From Elsinoe ampelina (Eukaryota): 64,000 bases of DNA. Made by a program: the position numbers and the translations under genes. Shown in pieces: positions 51,175 through 61,007 of this stretch. Position 1 is the first letter of the stretch. Each line of letters begins with the position of its first letter. The stretch spans positions 566,745 through 630,744 of the forward strand of contig ML992511.1 of the NCBI GenBank assembly GCA_010093995.1. The letters run 5' to 3'. The notes under the pieces were generated by a model. The model had not been told where the DNA came from, made no database searches, and was given only the letters and a program-made list of their open reading frames with translations.

Positions 51175-52356
51175 TCACACCTCCTCACTCTTCTTGCCCG
51201 CCTCATCGTCGGTCTCTACAGCCTTCGCAGTATCCTTCGCTCTTACCACTTCGTCCACCGGCTTGACCTCTCTGTTCCACCACTTCGGCGCATCTCCTAA
51301 CCTCCCCGCTCCCAAGCCGGCCTCCTTCTCACTCTCGGCCGTGATCATTCCTCTCGCAATCTGCCTCTCCCTACTCAACACCCTCAACCTATGACTCTCC
51401 CCCGGCGTCAACGCCAAATACAGCTCCACCAGCGCCACATGAATCGCAATCGCCAACCACGCCGCCATCAGAAATAATGCTCTCATCCTCACCGCCGACC
51501 CCTCCGGCCCCCCTCCCTCCGACATAACCACCACCCTCGTCGCCTCCGTCCCCACGCCTGAACAAGCAGGATACTTCCCCCGGACAACCCCCCACCCATC
51601 CCTCACCCCCATATCCTCATACATGAACACCACCTCCTCACACCTAAACACCCCCTCAAACTCCGCCCCCACCGCAAACGACACCCCCATGCCCATGCCC
51701 AAAATCAGTCTCAGCGTGATAATGTTCCCCGCCCAACCCCACGTCCTCAACATCCACGCCCGATGCAGATCAATCTGCCTCCGCCTAACATTCACATACG
51801 CCAACCCCACCGCGACCGTCGTCCCCGCCCCGACCAAACCCGTCCACGTCCTCATGGCCAGCGTTCCCCCGACCGAAGTATCGAGAATCATGAACGCCCC
51901 TGCATTCCCCACCAGGAACAACAAAATCGCCACATGCCCCACGACCCTGTGCACGAGGGGGTATTTACGGCGCAGGACAGGGGTGAACTGGTGCACCGCG
52001 AGCAGCGACCCGAAGAGCACGCCGATCAGGTGCAGGAGGATGCCGGCGCGGCGGTGCCCGGAGCGGAGGTGGAACCATTCCCCTGGGATGGAGGAGGGGC
52101 GGAAGCGGGAGGTGAGGGCGAGGTAGGGGAGGCGGGAGAGGGAGAAGGCGGCGAGGGCGCCGGCGGTGAGGAGGTAGAGGGGGAGGGAGAAGGGGTGGGT
52201 GAAGCCGACGAAGGAGGCGGTGGAGAGGTAGGCGCGGGAGAGAGGGGGGGATGGGCATGGTTGGTTGGGGTGTCGGGATTGGTAGAGGGGGAGGAACGGA
52301 GGTTGGTGGGATTGTTGTTGGGATGGGATGGGAGGGAGGGCAGTTGTCTGTTGCAT
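51175..52356 (-). CDS. DUF2306-type His-containing membrane protein
   Basis: It has multiple TM segments with ILLHL, QFTPVLRRKYPLVHRVVG, QIDLHRAWMLRTW and IITLRL motifs. Confidence 0.8.
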   Translation of the reverse strand: MQQTTALPPIPSQQQSHQPPFLPLYQSRHPNQPCPSPPLSRAYLSTASFVGFTHPFSLPLYLLTAGALAAFSLSRLPYLALTSRFRPSSIPGEWFHLRSGHRRAGILLHLIGVLFGSLLAVHQFTPVLRRKYPLVHRVVGHVAILLFLVGNAGAFMILDTSVGGTLAMRTWTGLVGAGTTVAVGLAYVNVRRRQIDLHRAWMLRTWGWAGNIITLRLILGMGMGVSFAVGAEFEGVFRCEEVVFMYEDMGVRDGWGVVRGKYPACSGVGTEATRVVVMSEGGGPEGSAVRMRALFLMAAWLAIAIHVALVELYLALTPGESHRLRVLSRERQIARGMITAESEKEAGLGAGRLGDAPKWWNREVKPVDEVVRAKDTAKAVETDDEAGKKSEEV

Positions 52357-52759
52357 GGAGGGTTACTTATACCTGGATTTACTACGTGTAGGTACGGGAG
52401 ATGGATGGATCTACGGCGGACGAACTGCAGATACGGTTACGGACGTGAACGTGAACACAAGGTAAGGTGAGTGCTTGGTATGCGCGTTTGTCAGTATCCT
52501 TGGCGGAGATCTGCAGACGCTTGACCGCTTTGGGGGTGCAAGATGCGAGCGCAGAGCCGCACGATACACGGTGACATCATGGTTTGCTGGGGAAGCGTAA
52601 GGTGGTCGGGGCGGGGGAACACAGATTTGTTTTCATTTGGGGGCTATGTTCTTTGATTTCAAACACATTCAGGAAGGTCCGACCTCGATCTGACTACTGT
52701 TCTTCGATGCACCGATGTTGAAGAGGTACAACGACCTCTGCGACATGTGCCTGGACTGC

Positions 52760-53133
52760 TCAGGTCAGCACGACGCCCCCGGCCTGGCTGGTTGCAGTAA
52801 TGGTCAACTTGTTGGGAGCTGAGGCTGAGTACACGAATGCGTGGGCGTATTTCCAGTAGTGGACGGCCAGGGTGGCATTCTCCTGAGCTGCAAAGTCGAT
52901 GTTTGTATGTTCGGGCAATCCGGCGTTGAGAAGATTGATGGTGACTTCTTTTCCTGCGGCCGGTCGGATCAGTACTGGTTGTGAGGAGCGTATGAACGAT
53001 CGGAATGGGAGAAGAATATACCTGGAGAAACCCAGCCTCCAAGGCCTGCCCAGTGATCGCCCATGATGGAGTAAGAAGGGCGGAGCGTCACGGCACTGTT
53101 GTTCTTGAAGATGATTGCGTTGACGGCTGCCAT
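52760..53133 (-). CDS. Small 101-aa orphan beta-rich protein (2 exons; absent from ORF track)
   Basis: The ATG at 53133 has the context GCAATGG, with TATAAG at 53246-53251 (minus strand). An intron at 52954-53021 (GTATAT...CTGAT...CAG) keeps the frame: MAAVNAIIFKNNSAVTLRPSYSIMGDHWAGLGGWVSPGKEVTINLLNAGLPEHTNIDFAAQENATLAVHYWKYAHAFVYSASAPNKLTITATSQAGGVVLT*. Confidence 0.7.
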
Positions 53134-55172
53134 TGCGATTGCTGGTGATTGATTTTTACAAGTTGTGGTGAGGAGGAATGGAGGTTCCAGGTAACGATCT
53201 TGCGATGCTTGTGGACTGGACTTCTTAGAGTGGCGCCTGGCGATTCTTATAGCAGATCCTTGCCTGAGTGTCGGTCAAGTCTCCTCGACAGAGCTCGTAT
53301 CGAATGACGCCGAGGCTCATGTTCTTCGCTTGCGTCTTGTCCAGGACGCCTGTGCTTGGTCGATATCACCCATCGATGCTGGATCGAATCATCTACGGCC
53401 AATCATGCATGCAAGATGCATCCAGTCTTGATGGTACCCTCCGAAATCACGCCACCAACTCGCACGACGACACCCTCGCGCCATCAAGGTCTTACTTTGA
53501 CATCATGAATGGCAGGGTGTTTGCTCCGTTCTCGCTTGCCATTTGCTGGAAGAAGCACGTACCTATCTCACAAATCGATAGCTTCAACGTCGTATTACGA
53601 AGATATCATGTACCTACGACGCCGCTCAGCGATAAGCCACATGGTGATATACCAAGTCAATAGGCGAAACTAGGTGCTGTCATGCAGGATCAGCCGTGCT
53701 GCATGCTCTGGGTCTAGCAATCGAGGATGTGCGCATGTCAAGCCTCTTTGAGATCACAAGGTTCGAGGGCAAAGATCGAAGTTGTAATCCAAATATGGCG
53801 GTAGACAAGGGTGTAGCAACGTCCAAGGTGTCACGACTAGGCAATAGCTGCTTCAGAAGGACAGTGGCTTGTTAGGGCGTGGCATCGGAAAGTCCAAAAT
53901 GACTACCCTGGCCTGAAGGTTGAGGGCGACTATGCTCAGGTGGAATCAAATCGCTTCGTTTGTATGCTAGGCAATCCCTTCCATACACATGAGTAGCCGA
54001 GAGTATGCAGGGAGGAATTGTCTTTAGCTGTGCCATACGTCGAGTACTGACGTCGTGCTTTGCATGAAGTCCCCCCGAACCGAGACAATCCCGCATGTCT
54101 CATATCCGTAGGGCAGGAAGGCACCCAATCAAGTGATGCTGCTTGACATTTGTTGATGGTTGGAATATGTTGTCAAGTTCGTGTGGGTTGCCAAAGGTGC
54201 ACTGGTGCAGCAGGGCTGACGCCAAGAAAAGTGACCTGGCGCGCCATTGACAGCTGAAATCAACCAAATCGGGCCTCAGCATTGGAGCCATCGCCCAAAA
54301 CGGCCTACCATCTGTGGCTTCATGGGAGCATCGCAGCGTAGCAGACGATGGGCTGCAGCATCTCGGTGCCGCCGGACACCAAGCGACGACTAATGTGTGG
54401 CTTGAGTCTTTCGCGTCTTCGCAAGGTCGCCCCTAGCCCTTGCTAGTCGCCCTTGAACGCGACGATGTACGCCTCTGAGACAAGGGAAAGCCACAGATCA
54501 TCGCACAATCCAACCACGTCGTGATGCAGTGGTCCTGGACGGCCCGCCGTAGGGCTTAGCGTGCATCAACACTGACTCCGTCGTCTCTCTATACAGCTCG
54601 GCTGTGTAGATGGCCAAACAGAAGGTGGTAAATGGCATCTCTCGTTCCTTGTCCCGAGACATTCATGACGCTATCGAAGCGAACATGCAGGATGACAATG
54701 GTGCTGGCCAGGTACTCGATCTCGAGGTGAGCTGTGGTGGCTTAGGGTCAGCGACTTGGTCTAAAAAGAAAGCGGACAATCTGGCCATACAACTGGTGGA
54801 TTGACAATGTCTCCTAGGCTGAGCACGCAGGTCAGAGCACCACACCTTGTCGTTAATGTCTCGTCCAAGGTATCCTGATGCAACGCTGCAGCTGGTCCGA
54901 GACGCTGCCAGCAAGCCACAGGATCAGTATCACATCTGCCAAAGCACCATCTTGCTGACACGGCCACGGACAATCTCTGCTGGGCTGCGATCGGTGAGGC
55001 ACAGATGAGCAGACAGTCGCTGCATCACGACCTGTGGATTTTACAAATGCTGGCGATCAATTGCAATCAGTAGCTATAAAGGGGTGTCTGCCCGACCATG
55101 TCTTCCTTGCCTCATCACAACCACTCTTCTTCATTCTTCCATCCAATATCACCACTCAAGACTCTAGCAGAA

Positions 55173-55954
55173 ATGGCTACCTACACCATCACCATCACCA
55201 ACAACAGCTCAGGCTGGCAAACCTACAAGCTCTTCATGGAAGTGCCTGTAGTTCAGAACAACTCCAACGAAGTCTTCCCCAACGTCTTCGCTGTCGGACG
55301 CCCCCGTCTGAACAACGGCTCCACGCAGACATTTGTGGTCAACACCGAAGCCTTTGCCATATGTGGCTACGAACAGCTCAGTGATCACATCGTTGCGCGC
55401 GGAGACGATAATGTCAGTGCGACACTCACCGGCACAGGCGACAACAACTCTGTCATCGATGTCAGAGACGGCGGCCCATCTTTCGTGTCCAACGGGACTG
55501 GAGCACCAGCTGGATCCTTCGAGATCTACGTCAATGGCTACAACGCCGTCCGGTACCGTGAGTATCCCTCCAGTCTGACATCCCTGGCGCAGACTCCTGA
55601 CAAGTACCAGCCGACGTCTTCTGCGGCTACGGCAAACGCTCCCCTTCCGTCGACTATGTCCGCGGCGGCGGCCGCATCGAGAGGAACGTCAACATCGCCG
55701 CTTGTTGGCAGGCGATGCCCAACACGAGGTACACCATCACTCCAACAGTCAAGTTCTACGTGTCCACAGGAGACTTCACTGCCGGCGAGATCGTCCGTGT
55801 GACAGAGGTTGGGCTGACGCAGCTGATTGACTTTACGCCCAACGGTGCCAATGCCCCGACGTACGCCAGTTTCGAGCAGAAGGTCGATGGGTCTTATGGG
55901 CCGGTCACTTACTCGCAGAGTCCGACTTCGATCTTGTTTACTGCTAAGGAGTAG
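55173..55954 (+). CDS. 242-aa beta-rich protein, possibly RhiA-like (2 exons)
   Basis: TATAAA lies at 55075-55080, and an intron at 55558-55610 (GTGAGT...CTGAC...CAG) joins the two ORF-track pieces in frame. The pattern MATYTITITNNS...PNTRYTITPTVKFYVSTGDFTAGEIV recalls RhiA-like proteins. The family call is from memory. Confidence 0.75.
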
Positions 55955-56918
55955 TCATTAGGTTCAGAAGAATGGCGTGGGGAGGTGTCATCTGTCGGGT
56001 TGTGCTAGTGCAGATATTACTTACAGTCCTTACATATGTACTTCTGATTTCCCACTTTCTATGTCCATTCTGTAGCAATCACTGTCCAGAAGGATGCATT
56101 GTCGCACCTTGTCAAGCACTCATTGCACTGACGCTACTTTGCCGAGGTTACCTCTGGTTTGTCGGTCACGTGTCCATTCTTCAACTCTCCCCAAGTCGCC
56201 GGAAGTCCAGCTTCTGATTCTGACCTTTCCCTATCCACTTCTCTGAAGGTCCCCACCAACGGTGAAGATTCTCTATTCATGCACCGTTCAGTCTACAAGC
56301 TGTCCGCTTTCTCGTTGATGACCACTGAAAGATCTGTTCTTAACAAATTTGCTGGCCAATTTGCTCCCCCGCTTCGTCAATCTTTCTTCAGAAACCCGGC
56401 ACTCGACATACAACATTCATCAATCCCGACTCACAATAGCCTCTGCGTATCGCTGAATAATCCCAGGATGTCGCTCTGTCATTCATGTGATCCCTACCTA
56501 CATTCTCGATCGTGCTGGGTGCCGTCTCGGAGGTGTGAAAAAGCGGTCATGGCATGAACAATGGCGAGACATGTGACAGGGTGAGTAGCTCGTGTCTTTC
56601 ACTTCATTCATACATGACTTGTATGCGCCATACTCACCAAATCCGCTCCAATCTGATGAGGCTGGGCATCTGGAGGTGAATCTTGATCCGACTTCACATG
56701 CCGAGCTATACCAGAAGCGGTCGCTATTGATGAAGCACATCCAATGAGATCAGGCAACTAAAGACTCTATTGTTCTCGGAGGGAGAACTCATTCAGGCAG
56801 CAACAGCACTTGCATCAATTATATAGGTCAATGGCCCCTCGCAGTCCGGTGTTTTCGTTCTAAACTTATCTTGAATCCTTGCTCGACCCATATCTTACAA
56901 AATCAACCAGGCGGCATC

Positions 56919-57818
56919 ATGGCACTCGTTCATACCCCTCAGCCGAGCGAGCGTGCGCTTTCCCTCCGCAAGATGGCATCTGTGATCATTCCATGCGACT
57001 CTCAGGAATACAAGAGTACCGACAAACTCATTGACCTCACCTACGATCTCCGGCGTGTGGACAGGATGAAGTACTACTCAGCGATTGCAGGTCCTTTCAG
57101 CGAGAACAATCTTCCCCCCTTCTTCGTTCATCTCGGTGACAAAGAAATGGGCGATATGGCGCAGCTTGTTCAGGCTGGCATCCTCACGATTGACGACCTC
57201 CATCGCTGGTGGCCCACGAATTTCGGTTCCGACGGACTTGTCCTCGCATCTGCAAAGCCCTATGGACGTCCTCACGTTACATACAGTGGTGGGACTCCAT
57301 ACGTCAGCCGCATAGGTACCCGCCTGCTGGTTGGCAAAGACATCATGCTAGCTCAGCTCGACCAAGACATCAATTTTCGATGTGTCGTTGGTCCCAACAA
57401 GTATGACGCTTCGTTTGGCTTACACTTTGATATCGATGAACTGTGACCAATCGACCTTTCAGTCGTCTTTCGCCCTCGATCAATTGACCATCACCGTATT
57501 GGACCAGAGCTCATGAATCGCCTCGCCGAGCTGTACGAAACAGCAGGGGACATGACTGCTCGCAAGCTCTACAACCAACATCACGATTGGCTCGTCTGTC
57601 AGGGTCGTGATGGTCATTCGGCGATTGAGTTACCCTCGGAACCCTTCTCGGACATCGAACTTACCGCCGATCAGCTGCGCCAGGCTTGTGAGTCCCCAGC
57701 CGCCACATGCACTGGGTTCCGCGACGAGGTAGACCCTGGGAACAAGTCGACCGTGGATCAACAGACGGTACAGTTGTGGTACGGTTCGACGTATTTGGGC
57801 GCACCGAAAAGACTCTGA
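56919..57818 (+). pseudogene. Hypothetical protein gene interrupted by a single in-frame TGA (57444-57446); pseudogene or recoded gene
   Basis: TATATA is at 56820 and the ATG at 56919. The 175-aa ORF continues in the same frame past one TGA (GAA CTG TGA CCA ATC...) into the 57513-57818 ORF with no other stop. Confidence 0.55.
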
Positions 57819-58420
57819 TGATCTAAATATCCGCAACTGAAACCCTCCCTAGATCGCCCGACACCTCCTGGATCGCTTGCGTTACAAATCTGCCTAAAGA
57901 TCCAGAGACTATTCATCAGTCCTAGCAATGAGATATCGAAACGACGGACCAAGCAACATCCTACGTCGTTATGTGACTGCAATTGCGAGATCTGCTTAGC
58001 ACCAAAACCACAAATTTTCACCACATGGCAAGCAATAACAGCCTCAGAAATGTATGCTGGAGACGCCAGCAGTACACTCCAGACTGATTCTCCAATACCA
58101 TCGTCGAGAAAACACACCAGCACGACACTCGAAGAGTAGTACTGCAGGATACTCTTCTAGACGACGTCCTAGCACTTGATGACAGCACAACACCCCAGAA
58201 TGACAACCTCAGCATCACCTCGCCACGATATTCCATGCCGCACATCCAAAGATACGTCGACATTTCACACCACCACATCAACGGCATCCATACCCACGAA
58301 CATGTGCAATAGTACAAATAGTCAGCACTAATACCACCCCAATTCAATGACCCTTGTCACCTCCTTTCCAAGTACGCCTTTCGATACCCGTCCTTCCATC
58401 CTATGCTCTCCATACCATAC

Positions 58421-58732
58421 TCATCCCATCCCTACACTCCACGCTCCCTTTCCCCCGTCCCTCCCTTCCCCCATTCTTCCCCATCCTTCCTCGTCCAGCT
58501 CCCTCCACCTTTCTGTGAGATCCCGTTCATCCCTCTTCTTCACCAGCACCTTGGCTTTTCCTATACATATCCGAACCCACGTCTCCCTTCTCTCGGTATT
58601 CGGACCCTTGGCACAGCCACAGACGAGGAGAGAGGAGACCCATGGTTGGCCTCGGAAGGCATCGCTGAGAGTTATTCAAAACCCCCCATCATGAGACAAT
58701 GGAACGTACGCAGCTTGTGTTGTGCACCCCAT
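58421..58732 (-). CDS. Possible 88-aa orphan with N-terminal MGC lipidation-like start (2 exons)
   Basis: The sequence ATG GGG TGC is followed by a 45-nt intron at 58665-58709 (GTACGT...ATAAC...CAG) that removes an in-frame TGA. The 3' end is G-rich like other genes here. Confidence 0.3.
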
Positions 58733-59155
58733 CGCGGGAGAATTGGCGTGGGCCGACAGGCGAATCTTACGTGTCAGGAGATGTGTGCAGCTTTGCAAAG
58801 CTTCACGGAGAAAAAAAAAAGTGAACCAGAGGGCATGTAATACAGCTTGTATTACCGCCCTCTCCGACGGAACAGCACGATAACTCAGACACCCGGTCGA
58901 TGGGTAGAAGACTGAAGCACATGGCTCAGGAGGTGGCTGGACGCACACCGCAGCTTGTATTACACATACATCACTACAGCCACGGTATAGTTGACGATGA
59001 TATCCGTGTCATTCGTGAGCCAATAGCCTACAGTAACTCTACCGGGAATATGTGTACTGCATGGTCCCGCCCATTCACACATCTCCCTTCCATTCCTCTC
59101 CATCACACATCTCCCTTCCATTCCTCTCCATCACCCATCTTCTCATCTACCTCCC

Positions 59156-60616
59156 TCAAGAGGCCTCCGACTCCCCCTCCTCCGTCCCCTCCTCTGTCCC
59201 CGAACCCCTCGAACTACCCGACATCCCATTCACGCCTTCATGCTCCCTCCTCGCGTCTCTCGCCTCCCTCGCATCTCTCACATCTCTCGTGGCCTGCGCC
59301 ACCTCCCTCCTCCTCGAATCTGCCCCGTTCGGTAGGGGATACGCCGCAACCACAGCACCCGAATAGTCCCTATCCACAAGATGCCAGCTGTTCGCCACGG
59401 CGTTGTTCCTGAACCTAGCCGCTGTGCGCTCGAGGTCGGCGATCACAAGGCGGTCCATGGCCTGGTGGCGCTCGAGCATCTCGATCATGTAGCGACGTTC
59501 GGTGGTCTGGCGGTCGAGCATGGCGATGTGGGCTTGGTATGTGTCGTAGATGTCGGTGGGGGTTTGGTCGCTGTTTCTGAGGTCGGGGAGAGTGTGGGGG
59601 CGGGGGTTGGTATCTATGGGATGGGGAGGGTTGTTGAGGAGGCGGGGGGCGATGCTGGGAGTGCTGTGGAGGGGTTGAGAAAGGAGGAGTGGTGGCTGTG
59701 CTCCGGTGTTGGGCTGTGGATGGTGATGGAAGTTGGGAGCCCCCATTGGAGCGAGGTGGTGAAGTGCGGCGTTCTGCGGTGTCATAGGCTGCTGATTGAC
59801 CGTCGGGAAGACAGCCGAAGGATTGAGTGCGGCTGCATACTTGGCCATGTAGGTTGTATCAGATACCGGATTGGCTAGACGGAATCGTGCGAAGGCTGGC
59901 ATGGTGTCCTGCGTCGTAGCTGGCGCCGAAGCATTTGACACGATCGGAGTCGCTCTCGCAGATACCGACGCTGGAGTCGCACGCCTCTTCGCAGGTGGCT
60001 CTTCAGCAGTAGCCGTAGACGAGCGTCTCGAAGCTTTCTTCTGACTGCCAGTAAAGTCCTTGATGTTCTGCAACCAAACCTTAACCCTGCCTTCGTCTCC
60101 TGTCTTATTCTTCAACGCATCATCACGGAATTCTGGAAAGAAGTAGACACTGGCTGAGGTGACCTGGAAGCCATCGGACAGGCTGGGAGCCGCTTGTGTT
60201 GGTGGAGGCAATAAAGCGTAGAAGCCAGTATCCGTGCCGCCCATCTTGCAGATGACTCGTAGAGCATGAGGATCGTTGACCACGTCGCTCCATGTATCTG
60301 GCCTGTCAACAGCGACGCTGCCGCGTCCTACCTGCTTCTCGTTAGGATTGCGACGCCACAGTCCGACGATAACTCCGCGGGTTTCAGAGGCGTCGGCTGT
60401 CAAGTGGGCTTCTGCAGCATTGGGTCTGATGATGGTGGGAGTGCTTGCCGGGTTCTGTGCGAGGGTCTGAGCGAGCTGTTCGGCAGTGGGTCTTGTCAAA
60501 CGACCGAGACGAATGACCTGTCGTCGCTGGCGTGAAGGATCGGGGTCGCGGAGTGGGTTGACGTCGAAGTCGAATAGCAGCTGTCGTGCATCTTGGGTGT
60601 TGTTGGGTTGGGCCAT
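59156..60616 (-). CDS. Hypothetical protein (globular N-terminal part, Pro-rich middle, C-terminal helical region)
   Basis: This is a long uninterrupted ORF with a likely start MAQPNN at 60616. No family was recognised. Confidence 0.65.
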   Translation of the reverse strand: MAQPNNTQDARQLLFDFDVNPLRDPDPSRQRRQVIRLGRLTRPTAEQLAQTLAQNPASTPTIIRPNAAEAHLTADASETRGVIVGLWRRNPNEKQVGRGSVAVDRPDTWSDVVNDPHALRVICKMGGTDTGFYALLPPPTQAAPSLSDGFQVTSASVYFFPEFRDDALKNKTGDEGRVKVWLQNIKDFTGSQKKASRRSSTATAEEPPAKRRATPASVSARATPIVSNASAPATTQDTMPAFARFRLANPVSDTTYMAKYAAALNPSAVFPTVNQQPMTPQNAALHHLAPMGAPNFHHHPQPNTGAQPPLLLSQPLHSTPSIAPRLLNNPPHPIDTNPRPHTLPDLRNSDQTPTDIYDTYQAHIAMLDRQTTERRYMIEMLERHQAMDRLVIADLERTAARFRNNAVANSWHLVDRDYSGAVVAAYPLPNGADSRRREVAQATRDVRDAREARDARREHEGVNGMSGSSRGSGTEEGTEEGESEAS

Positions 60617-61007
60617 GCCGCAATGCTGGTGGTGGTGTGAGCTCGGAGCAGAAGGTGGAAGGTGGCTGATGCAGCGTGACTCTTGTGAGTTCTGCGGATT
60701 GGGATGAGGAGGTGAGGTTGTGAGAGGAAAGAGCTTTCTGTCGCGACTTTTCTGCCGCCACTCTTTCACGCGCCAGAACTACCAGGCTGCCGGCACGTGA
60801 TTGTCGGGAAATCTGCAGGGCCGACTTGCATGATCGCCCATGTGATAGTTTGAAAGGATACTCACTCTGAATGCATTCAGGCTACTTTGCCTTCCTGCAT
60901 GATAAGAAAGCATCTCCCGATACTGCGCAACGATTGCCCCTTCCATACCGGAGCAAGCATGTCAACGACTTCCCCCAGCTCCCGCTCCCAATGTGTGCTG
61001 TCATGCT

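Noticed and set aside
49459..52356. P450 plus DUF2306 as a secondary-metabolite cluster
   Set aside because: There is no PKS, NRPS or terpene synthase nearby, and convergent adjacency alone is not evidence.
43280..57790. Scattered GGTTCGA motifs (near 43283, 53760, 57783) suggesting tRNA T-loops
   Set aside because: No cloverleaf stems or A-box surround them.
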